Source of the DNA: Virgisporangium ochraceum
GTDB taxonomy: Bacteria; Actinomycetota; Actinomycetes; Mycobacteriales; Micromonosporaceae
DNA: 64,000 bases
Reading direction: 5' to 3'
NCBI RefSeq assembly: GCF_016863655.1
Contig: NZ_BOPH01000083.1
Coordinates: forward strand, 29,901 to 93,900
The notes under the pieces are model-generated. The model was not told where the DNA came from. It searched no databases and saw nothing but the letters and a program-made list of their open reading frames with translations. The translations under genes were made by a program, and so were the position numbers. Below, piece after piece: positions 43,463 to 53,052 of this stretch. Positions within the stretch are counted from its first letter, which is position 1. Each line of letters begins with the position of its first letter.

Positions 43463-44647
43463 CTATCGTTGAACCTCCGGTTGAACCTTTCGTACGGCGT
43501 GCACCGGTCGGTACCGGTCGTCGAGCAGCGTGATCAGGCACAGCAGCAGTACGAAGAACAGCGCTGCCTTCACGTCGAAGTCACCGTCGTCGCGGCCGAG
43601 CAGCGCTGACGCGGTCACCACGAGCACGACATTCACCAGCACCCGGCCGACGAACGCCGCCACCGACGACTGGATGCTGTGCCACCGGCGCGCGACCAGC
43701 ACCGTGATCGCGGCATTGACCACCACGAACACGGCGGTGCCGACGAACAGTTCCGTCCCGCTCGACCGGAGGCCCGGCAGCACCTGGCTGAAGACGACGC
43801 TGAGACCGCCGACGAGCGCCACCTTCTCGACGGTGCCGCGCGACCCGATGGTCCCGTTGGTGGCGAACCACCGGTCACGCTCGGCGGCGGAGTCCATCTC
43901 CTCGGGAAGCGGGTCGGCGCGCACCGCCCACCGGCGGCTCGGCGCGGGCAGCCGGGGCCGCAGCCCGAACCACAGGCCGGCGACCACGCCGAGCACCAGC
44001 CCTCCGAGCACCAGCCACAGCCACGGCTTGTCGCTCAGTTGGTCGGTCAGGTCGAGCTGCGCGATGTGGATCCAGTACTCCTGCGGCAGCTTCACCCCGA
44101 TCCAGATCACGGCGGCGACGATCACCCAGGCCCGGAAGCCGACCCGGGCGGGGTCGCGGCGCAGCCGGTACGCCTCGTAGGCGATGAAGAAGTACTCGAA
44201 CACGTTCGGGAAGATCAGGAGGAACGGGCGCCACTGCGTCTCCTCGAACGCGATCACGCCGACGAGCCGGTAGAAGTAGAGGAACCCGGCCACCCGGACG
44301 GCCGCCTCGCTGGTCCAGTTCCGCAGTGTCGCGAGGTAGGCGATGGCCAGGTAGTAGACGTCCATGGCCTTGTCGTAGCCCTGGTAGCCGGGCGGGTCGT
44401 ACCCGAACGCCTGGAAGATCGTCTGGTCGACACCGTCGAGCACCAGCGCGCCGAGGATGGCGGGCAGGGGGAAGCGGGGAATCAGCAGCGGCAGGACGAA
44501 CCGGGCACCGACGACGACCAGGAAGACGGCGGCGTCCACGCGAGCCTCCGGGGGATCGATGGGTCGCACAGACTCTACGCACGCACGCGTGTCGAGAACG
44601 TCCCCGCGGCTGCGTCCCGGCACCGTCGCACACATCGGAGGAGACAC
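43463..44647 (-). CDS. polytopic integral membrane protein, family not recognised
   Basis: 394-aa ORF with about 9 hydrophobic helices and aromatic-rich loops (FLYFYRLVGVIAFEETQWRPFLLIFPNVFEYFFIAYEAY). Confidence 0.55.
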   Translation of the reverse strand: MSPPMCATVPGRSRGDVLDTRACVESVRPIDPPEARVDAAVFLVVVGARFVLPLLIPRFPLPAILGALVLDGVDQTIFQAFGYDPPGYQGYDKAMDVYYLAIAYLATLRNWTSEAAVRVAGFLYFYRLVGVIAFEETQWRPFLLIFPNVFEYFFIAYEAYRLRRDPARVGFRAWVIVAAVIWIGVKLPQEYWIHIAQLDLTDQLSDKPWLWLVLGGLVLGVVAGLWFGLRPRLPAPSRRWAVRADPLPEEMDSAAERDRWFATNGTIGSRGTVEKVALVGGLSVVFSQVLPGLRSSGTELFVGTAVFVVVNAAITVLVARRWHSIQSSVAAFVGRVLVNVVLVVTASALLGRDDGDFDVKAALFFVLLLCLITLLDDRYRPVHAVRKVQPEVQR

Positions 44648-44649
44648 AC

Positions 44650-45090
44650 ATGGCCGTTCAACGCATGGACAACGTTCTCATCGTGGTCGAGGACCTCGAC
44701 GCCGTCGTCTCGTTCTTCGTCGAGATCGGCCTGGAGCTCGAGGGCAGGGGGCCGGTCGAGGGGGCGTGGGTCGACAGCGTCATCGGCATCGAGGGTGCCC
44801 GGCAGGAGGTCGCGATGCTGCGCACCCCGGACGGCCACGGCCGCGTCGAGCTGGCGTCGTTCCACACGCCGACGGCGATCCGCCCCGAGCCGGCCGACGC
44901 GCCGGCGAACACGCTGGGCATCCGGCGCGTCATGTTCGCCGTCGACGACCTCGACGACACCGTCGCCCGGCTGCGTGCCCGCGGCGCCGACCTCGTGGGC
45001 GCGGTCGCGCGGTACGAGGACCTGTACCTCCTCTGCTACGTCCGCGGGCCCGAGGGCCTCATCGTCGGGCTGGCCCAGGAGCTCGGATGA
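44650..45090 (+). CDS. VOC/glyoxalase-family protein
   Basis: ATG at 44650 (MAVQRMDNVLIVVEDLDAVVSFF) within ORF 44326..45090. Confidence 0.8.
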   Translation: MAVQRMDNVLIVVEDLDAVVSFFVEIGLELEGRGPVEGAWVDSVIGIEGARQEVAMLRTPDGHGRVELASFHTPTAIRPEPADAPANTLGIRRVMFAVDDLDDTVARLRARGADLVGAVARYEDLYLLCYVRGPEGLIVGLAQELG

Positions 45091-45117
45091 GGCGGGGCGC
45101 CGGGCCGGCTCTGGGCC

Positions 45118-45903
45118 TCAGGCGAGGTAGGCGAGCGCCGCGCGGTGCAGGTCGGGGTCGCGGGAGTACAGCGCCGGTCCGGAGTGGGGGTGCTGCTGGC
45201 CCGCGAGGCCGCTGAAGCACCCGCCGGCCTCGGTGACGATCAGCGACGGTGCCGCGAAGTCCCACACCTTGCCGCGGGTCTGCACGGCGAGGTCCAGGTC
45301 GCCGCGGGCGACCAGCAGGCCCGGGTGGTCGGGCCACGGCAGCGGCGCGGTCACCGCCGACAGGCGCGAGACCACGTGCGCGTCCGCCGGCAACGGGACC
45401 GGGCCGGGCACGACTCCGAGGCGGCTGGCCGCCACGTCGGTGGTCGGCCCGGTGCCGACCCGGATGCGCTCGGCCCCACCCGTGCCGCCGTCGGTGAGGT
45501 CGGCGACGTAGGCACCGGCGCCCCGCTGGGCCCACCACACGCGGTGCTGCGCCGGCTCCGCCGCCACGGCGGCCACCACCTGACCGTCGGACTCCAGCGC
45601 GACGAGCACCAGCCACACGTCCAGTCCCCCGGCGAACGACACCGTCCCGTCGATCGGGTCGACGATCCAGCGGCGGCGGTCGTCGCCGCGCTGGCCGCCC
45701 TCCTCGCCCAGGATCGCGTCGGTCGGCCGGGCACCGGCGAGCACACCGACGATCGCCGCCTCGACCGCGCGGTCGGCCTCGGTCACCAGGCTGCCGTCGG
45801 GCTTGTGTTCCCGGCCGAGGTCGGCGAGGCGGGCGAAGTGCTCCATGGCCAGCCGGGCACCGGTGGTCGCGGCGGTGATCGCCAGCTCGAGGTCGTCGCT
45901 CAC
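45118..45903 (-). CDS. inositol-monophosphatase-family protein (IMPase/HisN-like)
   Basis: Motifs WIVDPIDGT, AVAAEPAQHRVWWA and WDFAAPSLIVTEAGG. Confidence 0.85.
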   Translation of the reverse strand: MSDDLELAITAATTGARLAMEHFARLADLGREHKPDGSLVTEADRAVEAAIVGVLAGARPTDAILGEEGGQRGDDRRRWIVDPIDGTVSFAGGLDVWLVLVALESDGQVVAAVAAEPAQHRVWWAQRGAGAYVADLTDGGTGGAERIRVGTGPTTDVAASRLGVVPGPVPLPADAHVVSRLSAVTAPLPWPDHPGLLVARGDLDLAVQTRGKVWDFAAPSLIVTEAGGCFSGLAGQQHPHSGPALYSRDPDLHRAALAYLA

Positions 45904-45942
45904 GCGTCCATCTTCGCCGACGGCCCTCGCACCGGACGGCGA

Positions 45943-46611
45943 TCAGCGGGCGGCGAGGGCGCGGAACCGGTCGGCGGCCCTCGCGGTGACCGCGCCGCCG
46001 TGGCCGAACACCGCGACCTCGAACCGCAGCTCCGCGAGCCGGGCCACGCTGGCCCGCGCCGCGGCCACGTCGGACGTCATCAGGCGCGGCGTCGACCGGA
46101 CCTTCGTGCCGGCGCCCGCGGCCGCGTCACCGGCGAACAGCACGCCGCCGTCGCGGTCGAGCAGGTAGGACACGTGACCGGCGGTGTGGCCGGGCGTATG
46201 CACCGCCGTGAACCCCGGTACGGAGAAGGGCCCGTCGGCGCCGAGCACCTCGTCGACCGCCACGGGTTCCGGTGTGCCGGTGAGGAACCGGGTGACCTTC
46301 TGCAGCGGCGTCAACGGCATCGGCACCGCGCCGCTGATGACCGGCGCGTCGAGCGTGTGTGCGACGGTCCGGGCACCCGAGCGGCGGACCAGGTCGGCGC
46401 CGCCGCCGGTGTGGTCGGCGTGCCAGTGCGTGAACAGCACGGCCCGCACGTCACCGACGGTGCGCCGGGCCTCGTGCAGCGCCCGCTCGACCTTCGCCGA
46501 CCGCCGCGGCAGCCCGGTGTCGACGAGCACCACCCCGTCGTCGGTGACGACGAGATGCGCGTGCACGAAGGAGATTCCGATCTCGAAGACGCCGTCGGCG
46601 ACCTGACGCAT
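45943..46611 (-). CDS. MBL-fold metallo-hydrolase
   Basis: HxHxDH motif (FTHWHADHTGG) and a downstream His. Confidence 0.8.
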   Translation of the reverse strand: MRQVADGVFEIGISFVHAHLVVTDDGVVLVDTGLPRRSAKVERALHEARRTVGDVRAVLFTHWHADHTGGGADLVRRSGARTVAHTLDAPVISGAVPMPLTPLQKVTRFLTGTPEPVAVDEVLGADGPFSVPGFTAVHTPGHTAGHVSYLLDRDGGVLFAGDAAAGAGTKVRSTPRLMTSDVAAARASVARLAELRFEVAVFGHGGAVTARAADRFRALAAR

Positions 46612-46615
46612 GCCC

Positions 46616-47071
46616 TCACTGTAAGCGCGGATCGGCGGGGTAGGTGGTCCGACCGGTGACGCGCGCCGCCGCCGCGAGGGTCAGTCGACGCAGGGTCGCG
46701 GCCGTCACCAGGGCCGCGACCGCTTCCCTCGGCACGAACGCGTGCTGTCGCACCTCGCCCGGCTCCGTGACGACCGACGGCTCCGAGACCGTTCCGCAGT
46801 CGAACAGGAAGTAGGCCATCGGCCAGGGTCGGTGCCCGTGCGGTGGCAACCAGTCCACGACCAGGAGACCGGCGGGCCGGACGACCAGGCCCACCTCCTC
46901 GCGGACCTCCCGGACGCACGCCGCCTCCGGCGTCTCACCGGGTTCGAGGTCGCCGCCCGGCGGCACCCAGTCGGACCGGTACGTCGGCAACGTGAGCAGG
47001 ACCCGACCCGCCCCGTCGGTGATGAACGCGTCCGCCACCACGAGCACCGGCGCGGCCGGTCCGGCGGTCAC
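46616..47071 (-). CDS. NUDIX hydrolase
   Basis: C-terminal 151 aa of ORF 46616..48001 with a GTG start. Nudix box GGDLEPGETPEAACVREVREEVGL. Confidence 0.7.
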   Translation of the reverse strand: MTAGPAAPVLVVADAFITDGAGRVLLTLPTYRSDWVPPGGDLEPGETPEAACVREVREEVGLVVRPAGLLVVDWLPPHGHRPWPMAYFLFDCGTVSEPSVVTEPGEVRQHAFVPREAVAALVTAATLRRLTLAAAARVTGRTTYPADPRLQ

Positions 47072-48063
47072 GCCGCTGCGGGCGTACGGCCGCCGGGGAG
47101 CGTGCGGCCACCCAGGAGGGCCACCAGTTCCCCGCTCCCCGCGCGCACGGTCCGGCCAGCTCCCCACGACCAGCCGGTGTCGGTCGCTTCGAGGCGCAGG
47201 CCCGTGAGGTCGACGCCGAACCAGGCGCCGTTCGCCGCGGTGAGCGCGTCGAGCACGGCCGCCACCGCCTCGCCGGGTACGACCGCCGGCCGGCCCAGCG
47301 CGAGCGTCACGTCGAGGGAGTGGATGACGGCGTGGCTCAGCGCGCCGACGGCGCCTCCGCCCGGCGGCTGCCACGCGTGCAGCTCGGGCGAGCGGAGCTG
47401 GTCGAGGAGGTCGGCGGGCGGCAGCGCGGCGTCGCGGACGGCGACGGTGTCCGACAGCACGGTGAAGTCGCCGCCGGCCGCGGCCAGCTCCGCCCCGAAC
47501 CGCTCGGGGGTCAGCCGCACCGGCATCGTCACGTGCGCGACCACGTGGCGCACGAGCCACTTCTCGCACAGCGTCGGCGCGTCCCAGGCGTCGACGGACC
47601 CGAGCAGCCCGGCGAGCCCGCCGTAGGTCGACGCCACCCACGTTCTCACCATCAGGTGGGCCTCCAGCTTGTCGAGGGACGTGGCGAAGCCGGCGCGGGC
47701 CTCGGGCCGGCGCATCGCCTCGGGCACGTGCCGCTGGTGGATGGCGACCTCGGTGGTGCCGTCGCCGAGGTCGGTCAGCGTGCTGGTGGTGTGCATGCCG
47801 CTGGCCGGCTCGACCCAGGCCAGCAGCCCGGGCGGCACCACATCGGTGAACGTGGCGACCATGCGGTGGCTGCCGTGGTCGCCGACCATCAGGGTCTCGA
47901 AGCGGCCGCCGGGCCGCAGGTCGACGACGATGCCGTCGACCGGTGTGGTCATGCCGGCCGGTCCCCAGAACCGCGCCAGCTCGGCGGGCTCGGTGAGGCA
48001 CCGCCAGACCAGCTCGCGGGGTGCGCGGAGGACCCGCCGGTACACCAGCTCGTCAGCGGTCAC
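47068..48063 (-). CDS. fusion protein: SRPBCC (AHSA1-like) domain + maleylpyruvate-isomerase/mycothiol-dependent (MDMPI_N, DinB_2-like) domain
   Basis: GTG at VTADELVYRRVLRAPRELVWRCLTEPAELARFWGP, overlapping the ArsR stop. The second half carries MVRTWVASTYGGLAGLLGSVDAWDAPTLCEKWLVRHVVAHV. Confidence 0.7.
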   Translation of the reverse strand: MTADELVYRRVLRAPRELVWRCLTEPAELARFWGPAGMTTPVDGIVVDLRPGGRFETLMVGDHGSHRMVATFTDVVPPGLLAWVEPASGMHTTSTLTDLGDGTTEVAIHQRHVPEAMRRPEARAGFATSLDKLEAHLMVRTWVASTYGGLAGLLGSVDAWDAPTLCEKWLVRHVVAHVTMPVRLTPERFGAELAAAGGDFTVLSDTVAVRDAALPPADLLDQLRSPELHAWQPPGGGAVGALSHAVIHSLDVTLALGRPAVVPGEAVAAVLDALTAANGAWFGVDLTGLRLEATDTGWSWGAGRTVRAGSGELVALLGGRTLPGGRTPAAA

Positions 48064-48389
48064 CGGTCCTCCTGCAGGTGGGCGAGGTGCGTCTCCAGCC
48101 GGTCCATGCGCTCGGACCACGTGCGGCGGCTCTGCTCGATCCACGACCCCGCGACCTCCAGCGCCGCCGGCTCCAGCCGGCACGGCCGGGTCTGCCGGTG
48201 CCGGCCCCGGCTGATCAGGCCGGACCGTTCGAGCACGCGGAGGTGCTGCGACACGGCCTGCATGCTCATCGCGTACCGCTCGGCCAGCTCCGTGACGGTC
48301 GCTTCGCCGGCGCTGAGCCGGGCCACGATGTCGCGCCGGGTGCGGTCGCTGAGCGCGGTGAAGACGGCGTCCAGCTGCGTAGCTTCCAT
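48060..48389 (-). CDS. ArsR/SmtB-family transcriptional regulator
   Basis: HTH (EATVTELAERYAMSMQAVSQHLRVLERSGLI). It is the first gene of a five-gene minus-strand operon. Confidence 0.85.
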   Translation of the reverse strand: MEATQLDAVFTALSDRTRRDIVARLSAGEATVTELAERYAMSMQAVSQHLRVLERSGLISRGRHRQTRPCRLEPAALEVAGSWIEQSRRTWSERMDRLETHLAHLQEDR

Positions 48390-48520
48390 GCGGGCTACTC
48401 AACCATCCACTTTATCAAGCGTCAAGTTGAACTACTGAGTGAAGTCGACCTATCCACCGAGAGCAATCTGTCGTATTGTCAGAGAGTGATGCCTCAATCG
48501 ACGCAGGGTCATGTTGACTG

Positions 48521-49654
48521 GTGGAAGCGGTGACCGCCACCGGCTGGGTCGCGCTGGGAATGGCCCTCTTCGGGGCCCTCAGCTACGGGGTCGGTTCGAT
48601 CCTCCAGGCCATCGGCGCCATGCGCAGCACCAGCACGGTGCGCACGCTCGGCCATCCGCTGTACCTGCTGGGCGTGGGGTGCGACCTGCTCGCCTGGGGC
48701 GCGTCGATGGTCGCGTTGCGGGAGCTGGCGGTCTACCAGGTCCAGTCGATCCTCGCCGGGTCGCTCGCGGTCACGGTCGTCGCCGCCCGGCTGGTGCTGG
48801 CGTCCCGGCTGCGCGGCCGCGACGTGGCCGCCGTCATGGTGACGATCGCCGCGCTGACGGTCCTGGCGATGTCCGCCGGGCCGCAGGAGGCGGTGCCGCC
48901 GTCGGGTCCGCTGCGGCTGGGGTTCTGCGTGGCTGCGGTGGCGGTCGCGGCCGGCGGCTGGGTCGCGACGAAGGTCGGCTCCCCCGGCGTCGTGGCCGCG
49001 CTGGCGGGCACGGCGTTCGGTGGCGCGGCGCTGAGTGGACGCGCGTTGCCGATGCCCGAGGAGTCGGCGAACACGGCCGCGTTCCTGCTGGCACTGATCA
49101 TGGAGCCGATGACGCTGGCACTGCTCGTCTTCGCGGCGTCCGGCATGCTCCTGTACACGAACGCGCTGCAGCACGGCCAGGTCGGCCCGGTCACCGCGGT
49201 GCTGTGGATCGGCGAGGTCGTCGCGCCGTCGGCGGTCGGGCTGCTCCTGCTCGGCGACTCGGTGCGGGCCGGTTGGCAGGTACCCGCCGCGCTGGCGGGC
49301 GTCGTCGTCATCGGCGCGGCGGTGGTGTTGGCGACCGCTCCGGCCTCGTCCACCACGTCCGCCGAGACCGCCGTCGTGCCGAAGCCGGCCGCGCCGGTCC
49401 CGGCCCTGTCGGCGCCGCTGTCGGCGCCGCTGTGGCCGTCGCTGGACGCCTCGACGCAGCTCCGGCCGTTCCTCGACCAGGAGTCGGGCGTGATCCGGTG
49501 GTGGGGGCCGCCGGTGGTCGACCGGTACGCCGGAACGTTCTGGTGGTGGGGCCCTCCGACGAGCCCGCAGCTGGTCTGGGTTCCGGCCGGCCGCCGGGTC
49601 GGCACCCGCTTCCGCGGCACGGCGCGGGTGCCCCGTCCGGAGGCGTATTTCTAG
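48521..49654 (+). CDS. integral membrane protein (~9 TM) with Pro-rich C-terminal tail
   Basis: GTG start. Hydrophobic N-terminal 280 aa, then APVPALSAPLSAPLWPSL...WWGPPVVDRYAGTFWWWGPP. An AT-rich 118-bp promoter region lies upstream. Confidence 0.55.
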   Translation: MEAVTATGWVALGMALFGALSYGVGSILQAIGAMRSTSTVRTLGHPLYLLGVGCDLLAWGASMVALRELAVYQVQSILAGSLAVTVVAARLVLASRLRGRDVAAVMVTIAALTVLAMSAGPQEAVPPSGPLRLGFCVAAVAVAAGGWVATKVGSPGVVAALAGTAFGGAALSGRALPMPEESANTAAFLLALIMEPMTLALLVFAASGMLLYTNALQHGQVGPVTAVLWIGEVVAPSAVGLLLLGDSVRAGWQVPAALAGVVVIGAAVVLATAPASSTTSAETAVVPKPAAPVPALSAPLSAPLWPSLDASTQLRPFLDQESGVIRWWGPPVVDRYAGTFWWWGPPTSPQLVWVPAGRRVGTRFRGTARVPRPEAYF

Positions 49655-49663
49655 ACTGCGCTC

Positions 49664-51277
49664 ATGCTGTACCGGTCCGGTGACCTCGAGGTCGACACCG
49701 ACGCGTTCGAGGTGCGCGCGGCGGGCCGGCCGGTCGACGTCGAGCCCAAGGTGTTCGACGTCCTCGTCCTCCTGATGGCGAACCCCAGCCGGGTGCTGTC
49801 CAAGGAGGAGCTGCTCGACGCGGTGTGGGGCAACCGTTTCGTCTCCGAGTCCGCGTTGACGACGGCGATCAAGCTCGCGCGCCAGGCCATCGGCGACAGC
49901 GGCCGGAAGCAACGGCTCATCCGCACGGTGCACGGCCGCGGCTACCGTTTCGTCGGCCCACTCGACGAGGTGGCCGACGGCACGTCGCCGGACCCGGACG
50001 TCGACCTCCACCCGGTCCCACCGACCCGGTACGTCGTGAGCGACGGCGCCTCGATCGCCTACCAGTGCTTCGGCGACGGCCCGAACCTCGTTCTCATCCT
50101 CGGCTTCGCCACCAACCTCGAGGTGCAGTGGGAGCACCCGGCGATCGCGCGGTTCCTGCACGGGCTCGGCGGGTTCTGCCGCGTCGTCGTGCTCGACAAG
50201 CGCGGCACCGGGCTGTCCGACCGGCTCGGCCGCGACGAGGCGCCGCCGCTCGACCAGCGGGTCGACGACGTCCGCGTCGTGATGGACGCCGTCGGCATGG
50301 AACGGGCCAGTGTCTTCGGCTCGTCCGAGGGCGGTTCGCTGTCGGTCCTGCTGGCCGCCACGCACCCGGAGCGGGTCGAACGGCTTGTCCTGCACGGCAC
50401 CTGGGCCCGCCATCCCTGGCTCGACCGGCCCCACGACCGCGACCTGGCGGCGGTGGAACGGCGCTGGGGCAGCGGCCGCGTCTACTCCTGGCTCGCCTCG
50501 TCGATGGGCGCCACGGCGGCCGGCCGCCGTTTTCTCGGCCGGCTGGAGCGCCAGGGCGCCACGCCCGGCACCGCGCGCCGGCTCGTCGAGCTGATGAGCG
50601 CGATCGACGTGACCGCGCTGCTGCCGAGCATCCACGTGCCCGCGCTCGTCATGCACCGCAGCGAGGACGCGGTGTACGGGATCGGGCACGCGCACGACCT
50701 CGTCCGCGGGATGCCACACGCCGAGCTGGTCGAGCTTCCCGGCAGCGACCACTTCCTGTTCAGCGGCGACACGGCGCCGATCCTGGCCGCGGTCGAGCGG
50801 TTCGTCGCCGGCTCGGCGCCGGCGCCCGTCGAGGACCGGTTCCTCGCCACCGTCGTGTTCGTCGGGGTCGCGGACACCGGCGGCTTCACGCCGGTCCCGG
50901 ACGATCTGGTCGCCGTGGTGCGCGACGGCGTGCGGCGCCACCGCGGCGAGCTCGTCAGCGTGACCGGCGACGGCCTCCTCGCCACGTTCGACGGGCCGGG
51001 CCGCGCGGTGCGGGCCGCCTGCGACCTGCGCGACGCGCTCGCTCCGCTCGGCACCGCCGTCCGGATCGGCGTGCACACCGGCGAGGTGGCGCGGCGTGGC
51101 GGGCACCTGTCCGGGATGGCGGTCAGCGTCGCCGGTGGGCTGGCCCGGGCGGCCGATCCCGGCTCGGTGCTCGCGTCGCGGACGGTCACCGAGCTCGTCG
51201 CCGGGTGGGGTCTGGCGTTCGCGGCGCGCAACGGGCCGACCGTCGCGGGGCTGCCGGTGTTCGAGGTCGTCGTCTGA
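49664..51277 (+). CDS. multidomain regulator: OmpR/CadC-type winged-helix DNA-binding domain + alpha/beta-hydrolase + class III adenylyl/guanylyl cyclase domain
   Basis: ATG start. trans_reg_C domain (KVFDVLVLLMANPSRVLSKEELLDAVWG...TVHGRGYRF), an alpha/beta-hydrolase domain (GSSEGG elbow, HG, DH), and a cyclase homology domain with metal-binding Asps (FVGVADTGGFT, TGDGLLATF). Confidence 0.8.
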   Translation: MLYRSGDLEVDTDAFEVRAAGRPVDVEPKVFDVLVLLMANPSRVLSKEELLDAVWGNRFVSESALTTAIKLARQAIGDSGRKQRLIRTVHGRGYRFVGPLDEVADGTSPDPDVDLHPVPPTRYVVSDGASIAYQCFGDGPNLVLILGFATNLEVQWEHPAIARFLHGLGGFCRVVVLDKRGTGLSDRLGRDEAPPLDQRVDDVRVVMDAVGMERASVFGSSEGGSLSVLLAATHPERVERLVLHGTWARHPWLDRPHDRDLAAVERRWGSGRVYSWLASSMGATAAGRRFLGRLERQGATPGTARRLVELMSAIDVTALLPSIHVPALVMHRSEDAVYGIGHAHDLVRGMPHAELVELPGSDHFLFSGDTAPILAAVERFVAGSAPAPVEDRFLATVVFVGVADTGGFTPVPDDLVAVVRDGVRRHRGELVSVTGDGLLATFDGPGRAVRAACDLRDALAPLGTAVRIGVHTGEVARRGGHLSGMAVSVAGGLARAADPGSVLASRTVTELVAGWGLAFAARNGPTVAGLPVFEVVV

Positions 51278-51339
51278 TCCTCAGAACCTCCTCAGGCTCC
51301 CACCAAGTCTCGCCGCGCGGTCCGCCGGATCGTGGTGGC

Positions 51340-52494
51340 ATGACAACTCACGACGTGGTCGTCGTCGGGGCCCGCGCCGCCGGTTCCGCGGTGGCGGGGC
51401 TGCTCGCCCGGCTCGGCCACGACGTGGCCGTCGTCGACCGCGCCGATCCCCGCGGCGACACCGTGTCGACGCACCACATCAGCCGGACCGGCATGGTCGC
51501 GCTGCACCGCTGGGGTCTGCTCGACGAGCTGCGGGCGACCGGCGCACCGGAGCTGCGCGAGCTCACCTTCCACCGTCCTGAGGGGACGGTCACCCGGCCG
51601 CTGCGGCCGTCGCAGGGCATCGACCACCTGCTGGCGCCCCGCCGGTACGTGCTCGACGGCCTGCTGGCGGAGGCGGCCGTGCGGTCCGGCGCGCGGCTGC
51701 GCACCGGCCTGACCGTCGCCGGCGTGCGGCGCGACGGCAGCGGCCGCGTCACCGGGGTGCACGGACCCGGCGTGGAGCTGAGCGCGCGGTTCGTCGTCGG
51801 TGCGGACGGGCTGCACTCGCGGATCGCCCGCTCCGTCGGTGCCGCGATGGTCGGCCGCCGCCCGGACGGCGGGCAGTCGCGCTACGCGTACTACGCCGGG
51901 CTCAGCCGGTCCGGTATCGAGTTCTTCCTGACCGACGGCGCGCTCGCCGGCATCTTCCCCACCCACGACGGCGAGGCGTGCGTGTGGATCTGCACGCCGG
52001 CCGGTACCGGTGACCGCGACCTCGACGCTCTCGTGCGGCGGTTCGCACCGGGCCTCGCGCGACGGCTGCGTGACGGCCGGCGGACGTCGCCGGTCAGCGG
52101 CATGATGCGCTCGCCGAACCACCTGCGCGCCGCGTGGGGCGCGGGGTGGGCGCTGATCGGGGACGCCGGCTTCCACCGGGACCCCATCAGCGCCCACGGC
52201 ATCAGCGACGCATTCCGCGACGCCGACATCCTCGCCGGCCACCTGGACGCCGTGCTCCGCGGCCGGGCGGACGAGCGGGCCGCACTGGGCGCGTTCCAGC
52301 AATACCGGGACGCGGCCGTCGCCGACATCTTCGACGTCACCTGTGCCCTCGGCACCTTTCCGCCCGTCACCGGGCTCGCCGACCTGATGCGCCGGCTCGG
52401 CCGGGCGGTCGACACCGAGGCGGCCGCGCTGGCCGCCGCGGGCAACCCCGAGGCGGCCGCGCCGGCCGCCGGGACAGAAATGGAGAACTCATGA
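51340..52494 (+). CDS. FAD-dependent monooxygenase/oxidoreductase
   Basis: ATG at 51340. GxGxxG motif (VVVVGARAAGSAVAG), GADGLHSRIA and GDAGFHRDP. Confidence 0.8.
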   Translation: MTTHDVVVVGARAAGSAVAGLLARLGHDVAVVDRADPRGDTVSTHHISRTGMVALHRWGLLDELRATGAPELRELTFHRPEGTVTRPLRPSQGIDHLLAPRRYVLDGLLAEAAVRSGARLRTGLTVAGVRRDGSGRVTGVHGPGVELSARFVVGADGLHSRIARSVGAAMVGRRPDGGQSRYAYYAGLSRSGIEFFLTDGALAGIFPTHDGEACVWICTPAGTGDRDLDALVRRFAPGLARRLRDGRRTSPVSGMMRSPNHLRAAWGAGWALIGDAGFHRDPISAHGISDAFRDADILAGHLDAVLRGRADERAALGAFQQYRDAAVADIFDVTCALGTFPPVTGLADLMRRLGRAVDTEAAALAAAGNPEAAAPAAGTEMENS

Positions 52495-53051
52495 CCACGA
52501 CGACGAACGACAGCATGCGCAACGGGGTCGACACCGCGACCCTGTTCGCCACCCTCGACGCGGTGAAGGCCGCTCCGGCGGCCGCCAGGTTCCAGTTCCG
52601 CGCGACGAACGAGTGGCTCACGGGTACCCACAACCGCAGCACGATCCACGGCTTCTTCGGCGTCGGCGAGGAGCGCGCCCACGAGCGCGCCTTCGACCTC
52701 GACGCCGACCATCCGGCCGTGCTCGTCGGCGGGGACAACGCGCCGACGCCGGTCGAGCACCTGCTGCACGCGCTCGCCGCCTGTCTCACCGCCGGTCTGG
52801 TCAACATCGCGGCGGCGCGCGGTGTGCGGCTCACGGAGGTGCGCTCCACCGTGACCGGCGACATCGACCTCAACGGGATCCTGGGGCCGGATCCCGCCGT
52901 CCGCAACGGTTTCGAGCGCGTCTCGGTGCGGTTCAGCGTGGCCGGCGACGCACCGGACGAGGTGCTGCGGGCGATCGTCGAGCAGTCACGGGAGCGGTCG
53001 GCCGTGTTCGACATGCTGACCAACCACGTACCGGTCGACGTCGAGGTCTGA
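52491..53051 (+). CDS. OsmC/Ohr-family peroxiredoxin-like protein
   Basis: The start overlaps the monooxygenase stop (ATGA). The conserved Cys pair lies in LHALAACL. Confidence 0.85.
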   Translation: MTTTTNDSMRNGVDTATLFATLDAVKAAPAAARFQFRATNEWLTGTHNRSTIHGFFGVGEERAHERAFDLDADHPAVLVGGDNAPTPVEHLLHALAACLTAGLVNIAAARGVRLTEVRSTVTGDIDLNGILGPDPAVRNGFERVSVRFSVAGDAPDEVLRAIVEQSRERSAVFDMLTNHVPVDVEV

Positions 53052-53052
53052 G

